Of a stretch of DNA of 64,000 bases, positions 1-11,013 are shown piece by piece. Below the pieces are notes generated by a model. The model saw nothing but the letters and a program-made list of their open reading frames with translations, made no database searches and was not told the origin of the DNA. Both the position numbers and the translations under genes were made by a program. The DNA comes from Amphiscolops sp. MND2022. Taxonomy: Eukaryota. The stretch covers positions 59,026,001-59,090,000 of the forward strand of contig OZ076409.1 in the NCBI GenBank assembly GCA_964187785.1, given 5' to 3'. Each line of letters begins with the position of its first letter. Within the stretch, counting starts at the first letter, position 1.

Positions 1-794
1 ACCTGCACCCCTGAAAAGGGGAAGGAAGCATGAATTTTGAGCTTGGTTGCATCAATAGGCGAATGCCAGTGGATGCTTGTGGAAGTGGTGGAGAGAGTAT
101 CGGAGATGGGATACGGGCAAAGTACAGCTAAAGTGTGGCAAGTCCTGAGTTGGAGGTTTGGACAAAATGCCCTTGTGGATAAAATCAAGTTGGGGAATTA
201 AGGGCGGTGGCACAGTCATTGGTTGCATCCTTAAAAACGTTCTTGATCCATGGGAGGCCTAGCCTAACTAAATCGGGGTATGCTAATTTGTGCTATGAGC
301 ACGGCAATGCCAGCAACTAGGGTAGACGTAGCACCATTCGGAAGGGTGTTTTGCACAAGCGCCAATTGATCAACTCTGCCATTTATTTCTCCCTGAGACG
401 TTGTGGCAGACGAAATACCTGGTTCAAGTAGCTACCGACGATTGGTATTCTGATTGCAAGGTGCGGGCTTGCGTTGGCGAAAAGAATTATCCATGTTTGA
501 TAGTAGCAGCGATGATGGTAGCACTTGTGGTGATTGATTATGACTGTTTTAAGTTAGAGCAGTGAGGCGCGAAGGGATTGAAACAGGACTAAGCTGAAAA
601 ACAGGCTGCAATTGAGTTGAAAACCTTTTTACACGGGCAGACTTGAACGAAATGGAACTAACACTATGGGTATGAAAACACGATAGGTGAACTCAGCGAA
701 GAGTAAAAAGAGGAAATATTCAGTTTATGGATAAAAAATGGAGTTTAAAAGAGAGGCCAATGGACTCGCAAGGAGCTCGGACTGACTCTATCTG

Positions 795-1278
795 TTACCT
801 ACCATGTGTCACTTTTACTGATGCTATTGATACGTAAACGCGGTCGTGAAGCACTACTTCGATGTTTGATTCGGTGAAATGATCTCTAATCATTGCATAA
901 CAGGTAGGAAGTATGTTGATGAAACGTTCGGAATCATAAATGGGAAAGTGGATTTGTGTAATGCACTTTTGACCGAGTTGTCGTATCAGGTCGATTCAAC
1001 GTAGATGTAAAACCTTATGTAGCATGGGATGGTTGTTAAAAGCTCTCGTGAATAACAAAACAATGTCGTTATCCAAGGTGCAGTTAGTTATTTAGCCAAG
1101 TGGACAGCTCTCCCTTTGACTGGACGGAGCTGAAAAATCTCCTCTTATCCATATTCTTGGAGTACCTACCGCGTCATTGCCGAGTAGCGCGTTATTGCCG
1201 AGACGTAAGTTCCGCAGGACAACACAAAACTAGCGTGGCAGGTGCCTGTAATATGTCCGTGTTGGCGTAGGATATCCA
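795..1278 (-). pseudogene. Macrodomain-like (TARG1/OARD1/Poa1p-type) remnant at the 3' end of element 1
   Basis: Manual translation across stops and frameshifts gives ISYANTDILQAPATLVLCCPAEL..VLQEYG*EEIFQLRPVKGRAVHL..DIVLLFTRAFNNHPMLHKVLHLR*IDLIRQLGQKCITQIHFPIYD..YAMIRDHFTESNIEVVLH. Its pattern and spacing match the OARD1-type macro fold as recalled from memory. Confidence 0.6.
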
Positions 1279-3014
1279 TGGGAAATAGTGTGGTCTAGTC
1301 TTGGGTTGTGTGGTCAACCATTTACCTGTGATGTTGCTGAAGTCATCGGCTGAAGTTGGTGTTAAGTGCTCAAAAATTGCTCTGCACTCCTGCCATTCAG
1401 TTCGGCGCAAGAGTCGGTCGCCCATGTTGGTGCAGGACAAGTCATGAATCATGGAGAGTGCTTCATGCACCGTAATTGGCTTCTCTAGGGTGAAGGTGTG
1501 CTGGTTCAGTAAACATAGGAACTTATTAAAAATGTCGGCTTAAGAACTTTCCGCGATAGATGTCCGCTTGGGGAAGTTTTCCAGACAAATCCACAGCGTG
1601 GTCGGTGATACAGGTGATATGTCATCCAAGGAAATGACTAGAAGCCACCAACCGTGGGTAGGCTGGTATACGTCTTCTGGGGCTGGAGAAATGTGGCATC
1701 TTTCCCACAAATGGTGTGCAGTGATGCGACGAACCATTTCTGTATCCCTGTCTTCTGGATCGATTTTTCCAAACACCATTGAGGGTGGTAGCGGAGGTAG
1801 CACAGCGGCTAATGTGGATCCTAGACCGCTCTGGTCATGCTGCGTCGATTCTTCAAAGAGGTAGTTAGGACAAGCGGAGGTAGAGATGTTGTGCATCGCT
1901 TTCAGTGTGGTCTCTAGTGGTGGTACCACTCCTTGTTCTATGCTTGTGTACGTTTTCTCCACGGTTTTTAAAACGCTATGCACTATTGGAGGAACGTTAT
2001 TTGGTCTCGCCGGAATTGCTAGGATCTCATGCTGCGGGTGTAGGTGTCCAGAAGATCGCTTCGTTAAGTGTTCGCTGTTAGGGACGTCTACTCTCCGGGC
2101 CAATCGGAGATCCGGCGTTTCGGTCATAAGTGGATTGACACAACTGCAGTCACGGGAACCACAGGTTCCGCATATATATCGTGTTGCCCTATTTGTTCTC
2201 AGCTGATAACGTTTTGTTTGCGGTGAGGTTGACTGTTCGGCATCTTGTTGGGTTGCTGACTGGCTCTACGGAAATGTTGGGTAACGTCATGGGTCGTTCC
2301 AGAGTTCTCGACTGAGCTCTGGGGCTGGCTCCTGTTCTCGGGCCTCTTCTTAACCTCGCAGGTGGTCCTCTCGAGGTTGCGGTGGTTTTACTGGGGGAAG
2401 TACTATTTCCCCTTTTGCAACCTGGTAGCTGACATCTTGGTCGACCGCTCGTGGGCGTAACCCTGTCCGGTGTTGGCGGTTGTGCCGGGTTGGTATCTGG
2501 GGTTTGGTTTTCCTCGTTAATCTCCTCTTGAGGTTCGTTCTCCACAGAGGATTCTACACCTATTGAGCTCACAGTTTGAAAACTGAATAGTGGGAACTTA
2601 CTAACAGTGTCGGTTAGGAATGCGTTTGACAGCAGTGGAGCGGATGTTCCTGTGGGTGATGCCAATAGGTTTCGTATTGGTTCTTCCGGCAGAATTTTTT
2701 CCTGATCTAACAATAGTGGTTCGAGGTCATCCAATTCGGAGACGACCGATTGGGTTGACTCTGGAATTGGCTGTTCGGTCATCTCTCGATGTGACTCCGA
2801 GTCGAGGGGTATCCAAAATGACTGAATTTCTGTCGAGGTATGCTTTGTTCGAGAGCTGTCTGCGTGCGAGTTTGGACGGTGCGCGGGGTAACCGGCCTGG
2901 TTGGTTCTAGTTCAAAAGATGCCTCTAGCAGCTGTTCCGGCATTAAACAGTCTCGCGAAATGTCAGGGGCTATTTCTTCATGACTCTTTTCGACATAAGC
3001 GTCAGCTATGATGG

Positions 3015-4240
3015 CTATATTCTGATCCGGCCCAAAGAGCTGATTTGCTGCCCAGTCCCAGGGCGCGGGGTCATATGCTTTTTTAATCGCTCAAAATGGA
3101 CCTTTTGGCCTGTGTCCAACACAATATAAGCGTCCGTCTTACAGCACATGTGTCGATGACTTTGTGGGGTCCGTGCCAAGCGGGAAACAGTTTGCGGGTG
3201 CCATCGTTTGGTATGATATGGCACAACACACAAACTGCTTCGCGTACGGCTTGCATTTTCGCTTTCGGATGTTTATCAAACTCTTACAATTGCCGCAACT
3301 GTGCCTGATGTGTGTTTCTACGGACTTACTCGTGAACTTCCTGACAAGTAGGTGCTCAACGAACTCTTCCTTAGACTCTGCGCTGCGAACTCAGGGTATA
3401 AGAACAAAAACAAAATCGACTTTTCAGCCCCATGTTGGCATATTTGGTGCGAAAACCTTGTTGCATGGCGGGTCGAGGTGTAGGCACCCAAGACTCCATC
3501 TATGTGCTCGTCCCAATCTTGCATCCTGCGCGATACAAAGACTCGATGCATGGTGAGGAGTGTTCGACTTTGTCGTTCCACGAGTCCATTACTTCTTGTG
3601 TGCAGGTGTAAATGTGACCTTGGTGACTTGCGACGCCTCGAGTTCTTGAGCCATCTCTGCTGTAAAGTTGGTCGCCCGGTCACATTGCATCCGAGCCGGA
3701 GTGCCATGCCCGGCAAACCACTTTTTAGAATGATATTCGCCGTTGTCTGTGCGTCATATTCATCGTGGGAACACTGAACTGCTTCATCAAACTTCGTAAG
3801 TTGATCTATAATGACTAGTAGGCCTGTGTTTCTCGACACGGTTTTGCAAAGCTTCAGGTGGTCGAATTGCACTAGATCGTTGAAATTGCTGCTGTTGATG
3901 CTTTGTAGAGGAAAGCACGGGTTCCCTGCTGGGTGCTTGGTTTGCTGGCCGGTTAAGCATTGTTTAATATGATTCACCACACCGCGTTTGATGCCTGGCC
4001 AGGCGTGTCTCTCATGTATTCTCGCTAGCACTTTTCCAACGTCTGACGTCCGAACTCGTCGTGCCCTCTATACAAGATGTCACTTTGGTAGAGTTGTAAC
4101 CTGACGATCATGCACGGTCGCACGTGCAGTGCACTTTGTGGTGGGACATATTTGACGCATGGTATGTCATCTGGATTCAGGAAAAAGTTGGTCCTTCTTC
4201 TGATGATAGTAACGTTTCGCCAAGTCCTGCACATCATCTG
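3015..4240 (-). pseudogene. Gypsy integrase (zinc-binding region, catalytic core, C-terminal VHFERLK motif), disrupted
   Basis: ORF 3318-4031 has HAWPGIKRGVVNHIKQCLTGQQ, VQFDHL, LLVIIDQLTKF, SNGLVERQSRTL and DWDEHIDGVLGAY. ORF 3015-3233 has TGQKVHFERLKKH. Confidence 0.9.
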
Positions 4241-4799
4241 GAAAGACTGTGTCTTCTAAGGTCTCTCTGTTCAATAGTTTTTTAGTGCTACAAGGTGAAC
4301 ATTCTAAGGACGTCTGCTTGTTCTTGACAGGTGGTGGGCAATCTGTGCAACATTGCATCGTGTTCCGCCGTGTCCAGGCGTGTCGATGGCACTTTGGTGG
4401 TTATACCAAGAAAGCGATTCAGCCTCTTTTCGTCAAGTGTCGGAGTCATTTCCCATTGTACATGTGGATACCATGGGTGGGATCGCTAGATTGATCGTCA
4501 GCTGGTATTTCCTTCGATTTGTTCAACAAAATGTATAGCACCGGAAGTTGGGCTCTAGCTTCCACTGAGAGTCTGGATGATCCGGCATCAATCGTCCATG
4601 TTTATCGAAGTGTGGTACCGTGAGAAGCTCCTCATAATCTTTCTGTGTCATGAAGCTGAAACCCTTGCTCACCACTGGTTACGTCTCGATGATTTTTTTC
4701 CGGTGCACATTAACAATGGGCCTTTTACTAAGGCCGCCTGCGTTTCAATTCTGTGTGCGTGGTCGGTGAACTGTCTTGAAGTGGTATTCGTCGAGACGC

Positions 4800-5900
4800 G
4801 CAATTCAATGTCCAATCATCTCTTGGTCCATAGAGTAGGGTTTTAACCACGAAAGAGCCTGGTGCTCCACGCGGAGCGTGAATTTTCGACCTGCTAGGTA
4901 CGAATGGAATTTCTCAAAGAAGTAAAACACCGCGTACGTTTTCAGTTTAGGGGCACCATAATTTAGTTCCGTGTCAGTGACTTGCTGCCATAAACGATGG
5001 GTGGCAGGACGGTTTTTCCGTTGTGCTCTTGGTCTTTGTGTGGAATTCCGGCTATGGCTACTGCACTGGCATCCGTATCCATCACAAAACGTCCCTCTTC
5101 GTTCGGCGCAGCCAAAGCATTGGCTTCAGCTAGTGCTTGCTTTACTGAATCAAACGCTTCCTGATGCTTGTCATTCCAGTAGAACTGCTGATTCTTTTTG
5201 AGTAGTTCGTGCATAGGTTGTACTTTGGCAGCGTGGAACGGGATGAAGTCCCAATAGTAATTAGGAAACCCCAAAATGCTTTGTAGCCTTTCTTGGAGTT
5301 TGCTCACTGCTTCTGAATCTGCCTTCAGCTGAAACTACTCGTCCCAAGTATTTGGTCTCTGTGCGAATGAAGTCGCGTTTTTCGGCCCGCATCTTGAAAC
5401 ATGCTGACACAGAACACTTCCTTTATCGTTACCATGTGATCTTCAATTGTTTCGGTGGAGATGACGATGTCGTCGATCTAGGACATGACGACTCTCCCGT
5501 GTCACTGTTTGAATTTTCGTAAGGCTCTGGCGATGGGTTGCTGGAATGTTGCTGATGCATTGCATAGGTCAAGAGGCATGCGCCGCCATTTGAATAAACC
5601 TAACTTGCAAGCGAATGCTGTCTTTCTTCTATCGCACTTTTTCAATGGTATTTGCCAGAAGGCCCATGCTAAGTCTATGCTCGTGACGATTTTCGCATTG
5701 CCAATCGTCGAAAAAAATCATCTTTTCTAGGCAACGGAAACGCCGCGTCTTTCACTTTTACATCCTTTAGCGGCCAGACGTCACAGCAAAAGCGAAGTTC
5801 GACGGATTTTTTTCACCATGACATTTACACTGGCCCATGGCGGTAAGACGGTTGGATTAGACCAAAAGCTAGTAGTTCCGTACTTCTTGGCTCGCTTTGG
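4800..5900 (-). pseudogene. Reverse transcriptase and RNase H of element 1, inactivated
   Basis: 5469-5480 reads *IDD (the Tyr codon of YIDD has become TAG), preceded by MPLDLCNASATFQ. ORF 4963-5307 gives the connection/RNase H sequence FYWNDKHQEAFDSVKQAL..VMDTDASAVAIAG..PIVYGSKSL. Confidence 0.9.
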
Positions 5901-6639
5901 CTGCCTTGTCGGGAGACATACGCCTTGTTCCTTCTCTATGAGGTGTAGCCTCCTGCTCTATTTCGATGCAGTGCTCCGCAATTTTGCATCTCCCGATGAC
6001 GGCTTTATGTTTCATAAATAAGTCATCGTACTCACTTAAAACGCTTGCTAGTTGGTCCTTCGCCTCTTCCCCAGAAAGAAAGGACGGAAGAGAGGTCTGG
6101 GCCAGGAATTCTTTTTAACAATTGAGGGTCTGTTCTTGTGCGTGTTGTTTTGTTTTCTGATAGGCCTATCGCGAACATTTCACTGGACGAAAAGAAATTT
6201 CGAGCGAACGATTTGAACTCAGAGCTGGTGTCATCCAAGTCAACAGTAATAATACGGTTAGCTTGTTCAAATGGAAGTGCCGAGGCCTCGTTGTTCAGCT
6301 AAAATGGGCTCAAACACAAAAGTTGCTAGTCATGCTTTACCGATCACAGTTTTACTTTTGATGACAACCTGGTCAGCGGCAGTTTTTTTTCTGACAGAGA
6401 GGAATACCGTTCCATTGTCTCCGACGGTCGTCAGTGTGACTTCTGAAACGAATAGATATTTGGTGTGCACCCACAGGGGGTTTCATTACGTTGCGGAAAC
6501 GTAAATCATTGGTTTGCTGAGATTTTACTTGGACACTAACTTACGTTCGTTCGAACGGACCTAGTGTTCCCTCTTCGGTGGATACGACAAAGAATGGGTC
6601 TTGGTTACTAACCTCGTGCATGGGCTTAAACTATCGTGG

Positions 6640-7460
6640 TGCTTTCGGGTCTTTGATGGTAACCCTCATGGCCGTTAGGTCCACCAAAACGTTGTATATT
6701 CGCAAAACGTTGTGGCCCAGCAGGAAATCTTCTGCACCCAAATGGTCGGCGATTACGATGAAAATGGTTTTCAGCGTGTGGCCCCCAGCTGGAAACTGAC
6801 GTCTTCAGCATGACCAATGTTATTGATGCTGGTAAACCTGTATGTCGTATGGCAGGAGGCTGAGAGCATGAGAGGAGGCAATCTTTTGGTAAACGCTCAA
6901 AGAAAAACTGGAAACTTCTGAACCGGTGTCGACCATCCCGTACAGTAGGATAGATTCCTGAAGGTTGTGCAAGGGCAACCACCAAGAAGGCCCTTTCATC
7001 TATGCGAGCTTCCCCTTGAGCGTCTTGCACGCCACTACTATTGAATCGCAATTCCTGTCGGCCCAGATATAAACCTTGCTGGAAGTGTCCTTCTAGGACT
7101 ACTACCGCGTCGAATTTCTTACCATCGCCTTCGACGTTGATAACAACGGGGGCGGGTGCAATTGGTTTCACTTTTTGGACTGTTGCCAGTTTTGTCTCAT
7201 CGTCTCTAGTGAAGTGTGGAAGTGGCCTGGATGCTCTTTTATACCTAGTGTTTCTACACAGCTCTTCTTTCAACTGGGCCTGAGTTCGGTTCCTGGGCGC
7301 AACTTCTGTTCTGCTGATAGCATCAAGTGGATGGAAATTACGGTTTCCGCGCAATCAGCAGCGGGCACTTCTAATGTGGTGAGCACTTGTCTTTCACCGC
7401 AGGTGACTATAACCGGGTGCGATGGTCCTAGGGCTACGGAAATTAACCTCACTTGATCGT
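6640..7460 (-). pseudogene. Retropepsin-type aspartic protease region of element 1 (possibly two tandem protease-like units)
   Basis: GMVDTGSEVS with DTG at 6922-6930 and a downstream EDFLLGHNVL motif. An upstream unit ends in GLYLGRQEL. Confidence 0.75.
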
Positions 7461-7529
7461 CCGATTCTACACTATCAAGGTGAGCGGGGGATGGGGCGTA
7501 CCACGCCGCTCGTATTTGTCGCGCGTTCT

Positions 7530-10100
7530 CAGGCGTCAAACATTTAGATGCCGAGTGTCCCGTGCGACCACACTGGATGCAAAAGGCTATTGTTCTTTGT
7601 ACAGGCAATGTCGCTGGAAACACATCGTGATTCATACCGTGTGCTAAGGAAGGACATGTCCATCCTCCAGCAGGATTGGTGTTGCATGAATTTACTTGCT
7701 GTTGTACGGGCTTGCGCGCGCGGTCTTTTTGCGGAAAATCTATGATGAAGTGCGATGGGTCTCTGCGTTTGAAGCACGCTCGCTGCGGTTGCTGTCTATA
7801 GGCCGCAGACTGCTAGGGGGGTTTCGGTGCGTCGGGCGCTGGTGGAGGTACGGTCGGTACTTGATTTTGCTGGTTAGCGCGTGCGGGATGTTGTTGCTGC
7901 TGAGGTGGTATTGTGTAGTTTTCGGAACTTGAGGGCTAGGTATTGCTGAACCGTGAAGCGAAGCGCTTCCACTGTTTGCGGTACCTCACCGTATTGTTCC
8001 TGTGCATACATAAGTGCTAGGTTTCGTTTCAGCTCATTGTTCCGCACTCCTTTGATCAACTTCTGCATTATCTCGTTACGTCTCACCGCTACTTTTTCAT
8101 TCGGGAAGCCTTGGCAACGTAAGCCATCGAATGAATCGAAGTGCTGTACGGAATTGCTGAATGTGGATCTTACTTGATCCCGTGCCGAACCTGCGTGCGA
8201 GTAATGCGAATACTTCCTCGTCGGTGTCCCTTCCGGCCTCAGACTTGTTGGTGCTGTAATCTCCCGCTTCGGTCTCTAGAAACTCAATTATCGGCCGAGC
8301 ATTATCGAGAGGCGTCGGTTTGGCGTGTGCCTTTTCTAGATGCCGCATCAGTAACATCATCCAGCCATCGATGGCTTGCTTTTTGTCTCTTTTGCCGCTG
8401 GTAGCGGTACTACACCTTTAGACATGGCTATTGAAATCGTTTCTGCTAATGCTTGTTGTTGCATAGTTCTAAAAGAACCTGAAATATTGTCTTTACCTTT
8501 TCCCCTGTCTTCTGCGCCGTCTCGGCTCAGCGCTAGGTTTTTCTCGCATTTACTTTCCGCTGAGTGCTAGAAGCCACAGGCCGCGGAGGGATTTCCCGGA
8601 AGGACAATATCGGAGGGTTGGTGTTTGCACTAGCCGTTACCGCTGTGTGGTAGTCTAATTTTTTTGTGATCAGACCGCTCGCCGCGGAGCAGTAAACTCC
8701 TTTCGTCGATGCACCGCGGGCGATTAGGTCAAAGGGCGAGATGTCTGTCAATGGGTCTGTTCCTGCATCACTCGAATCGGCATGTTCTACTCTTGCTATC
8801 TTGTTTGCCTTGGTAGACCTTCTTTTGTAAGTGGCAGTCGGTATAAGCTTGGGTTGCTTGGCTTGCTCTCCACTAGGCGGAGCAATCTTCCTGTCCCTGG
8901 TTTGAGCTGGGGGAGGTACTGCGCTGGTGGAGGGTTTGCTCGTCGAATTATGTGCCACCTGTAATGGTGAAGGACGTGTTTGTGCCGCAGCGGTTTGAGC
9001 AACTACTATTCTCTTCCCTAGGATTAGGTCTTGCATTGTCGTCATCAGCTCCACCATACGGTTGTTAGTACCCGACGTTGCATGAGTTCTGCCATGAGTT
9101 TCAGATGATCGTTGGCTTGGCGATCCCTCTTTTCATAATGGCTGACATCTCAGGCATGCGTCTATTAGCTAGAATCTCACGTTGTCTTAGATCATCGATT
9201 GAGGCAATCGACGCTTCTAATCTTTCTTGTCTCGTACGTCCTTCCGCTTGTATTATGAGTCATCAGCGCATCTCATCCATATCTCTCATGATCACATCAG
9301 TCCGCAGGGCATGCTCATTGTTCTTTTAAGCGAGCCGCGATTGTACTTGTGTAAGCTTGGCTAGGCTTTGTCTGAAATCCTCTCTTATGGACTTCGACTC
9401 TTTTATGCCTTAAGTGATGGTCGAGTCCACGGCGGTCACAATACTAAGTCTAGAACCCGGCGTGTGGTCTAACTTTTCCGTTTTGACGAGGCGGATGCTA
9501 GAGTCTGCAATCAGCGATGTTCGAAACGTGAATCTTAATGGATTGTCTTCATCGGGGTTTTTCTGCTTGTCTGCTGACCTCTTTTGGGATTTAGTCAGTG
9601 TGTTTCGTTGTTTTTGTCCTCGCTGCTAGTTGATGCGTGGGAACCAGAAGGGTCCCTTTGCGTTGTCCCTTTTGGGCGCGCCTCCTCAGGGGTTGAACTT
9701 GCAGTTGTTTGCGGTATCCACTCATTGGTGGTAGTTTGTTCATTTCCCAGCCCAATATTGGAATTCAGCCAAGCATCAAAGCTAAAGTTGATGACCTCCA
9801 AAGGATGCCAGGCATTGCTTTGGCTTGTTGCTTCAGCACTATCCACTGCATTGGTACTGTCGGGGGAAACGATGATTCGGGCTTGCTGAGGCCATCTCAG
9901 TGTTTTGATTGGATACGTTGTTTGACATAATTTCTAAAAATATGTTCGCAATCATGGTATCCGTTGCATCTTCGGTACGGGCGTGCAAACTGGAACATGT
10001 CTCTACCTCCCTTGCCAATGAATTGGTGGCATGGAGACTATTGGGCTCCCTAAACGACTCATTTATGGGTTGTAGGTATCCGCACTCACTCAAGTCCATG
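7530..10100 (-). pseudogene. gag region of element 1 (long low-complexity/coiled-coil N-terminus, capsid-like core, CCHC knuckle), fragmented
   Basis: ORF fragments 9839-10099, 9595-9846, 8533-9057, 8097-8360 (EEVFALLARRFG), 7874-8086 and the CCHC in 7270-7635. Confidence 0.75.
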
Positions 10101-10423
10101 TTCGGTAGCAGGTTGTGGTGGGTGTTATTTGAACTGTTGCACTTTTGGAGCTTAGCTTGGGCTTTCTATAGGCTTGCCCATTCCTTCCCACTCAAGACAA
10201 ATGGCAATGGAAATTTTGAGCTTGTAGCTCACAATGGCCTTCTAGTTTCTGGATGGAAAATAGTTGGGTTGTGAGCTACGGTTGACGTTCTTACGACTAG
10301 CTAGGTGGCGACTAAGTACAACAAAGAAGAACAAAAGATCTTTACTCACCAGTTAACAAATTTTTTGAAGTACTACTTGAAAAGGCATCTGAGAACTGAG
10401 GTTTTTCTTTTTACCCATCCGCA

Positions 10424-10435
10424 GGCGGTGCACCA
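10424..10435 (-). promoter_or_regulatory. Candidate primer-binding site of element 1 (TGGTGCACCGCC, tRNA-Gly-like)
   Basis: TGG-initiated motif just 5' of gag. It resembles the complement of a tRNA-Gly 3' end (TGGTGCATCGG) with mismatches. Confidence 0.5.
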
Positions 10436-11013
10436 AGTATGAACAAAACGTTTCGATGCTTGAAGCAGGTTTTGCGGTGGTTTTGATAGTAAGGGCAACG
10501 TGGCACACCTCAGGCGTGTTTTTCTTTACTCGTGCTGCTCTTTTTCGTGGGCACAAGATGGGACTAATGAACTAAATTGGGACTAGGGCAGACCTTGGGG
10601 ATGAGTGTGGAGGAGGGGAATGAGGATGGTAAGGTTTTTTCTGGTACGGTAGTGAGATGCTCGGAAAAACTTGTTGTTCCAGGTGTTACAGTTCCTACTG
10701 AGTTTGTCCTTGTATCTCGAAACGTACTGCGTGCAAAGTCTTATGTGCTTTGGGGGCTAAGAAGCAAAAGTTTTTGGGCATGAGGGGGGCTAGGCACCGG
10801 GTGTGCACATATTTTGGTGAGGTTGCGCACCTAGAAGACTCTTGTTGGCAGATATGGGGAACAAGTGGGAACAAGTTTCTCACTAGTACGATTTGTAGAC
10901 TGTTTCCTCTAATCTAAGGGTCGACTTGGCTCCACTAAAAGTATCTCACCAGGACGTGAGCCACGGTTGACTGTGCAGTACCAGGGTCCTCTGAGCCCTT
11001 ACTAGCGAATACT
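10436..11013 (-). repeat. Candidate 5' LTR of element 1 (AGTAT...ATACT termini)
   Basis: Abuts the candidate PBS, is bounded by a 5 bp inverted repeat, and base composition changes at ~11013. The partner LTR is outside the window, so the boundaries are unconfirmed. Confidence 0.45.

Larger units (their letters stand above)
1..11013 (-). mobile_element. Decayed Ty3/Gypsy LTR retrotransposon (element 1); 3' end runs off the start of the window
   Basis: Minus-strand order gag (CCHC CIQCGRTGHSASKC) - protease (VDTGS) - RT (*IDD) - RNase H (DTDASAVAIAG) - integrase, which is the Gypsy order. Many stops and frameshifts. GC content is higher than in the flank after ~11013. Confidence 0.93.

Noticed and set aside
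1..2800. env gene in element 1
   Set aside because: No convincing signal peptide, furin site plus fusion peptide, or C-terminal TM anchor was recognised in the post-integrase frames.
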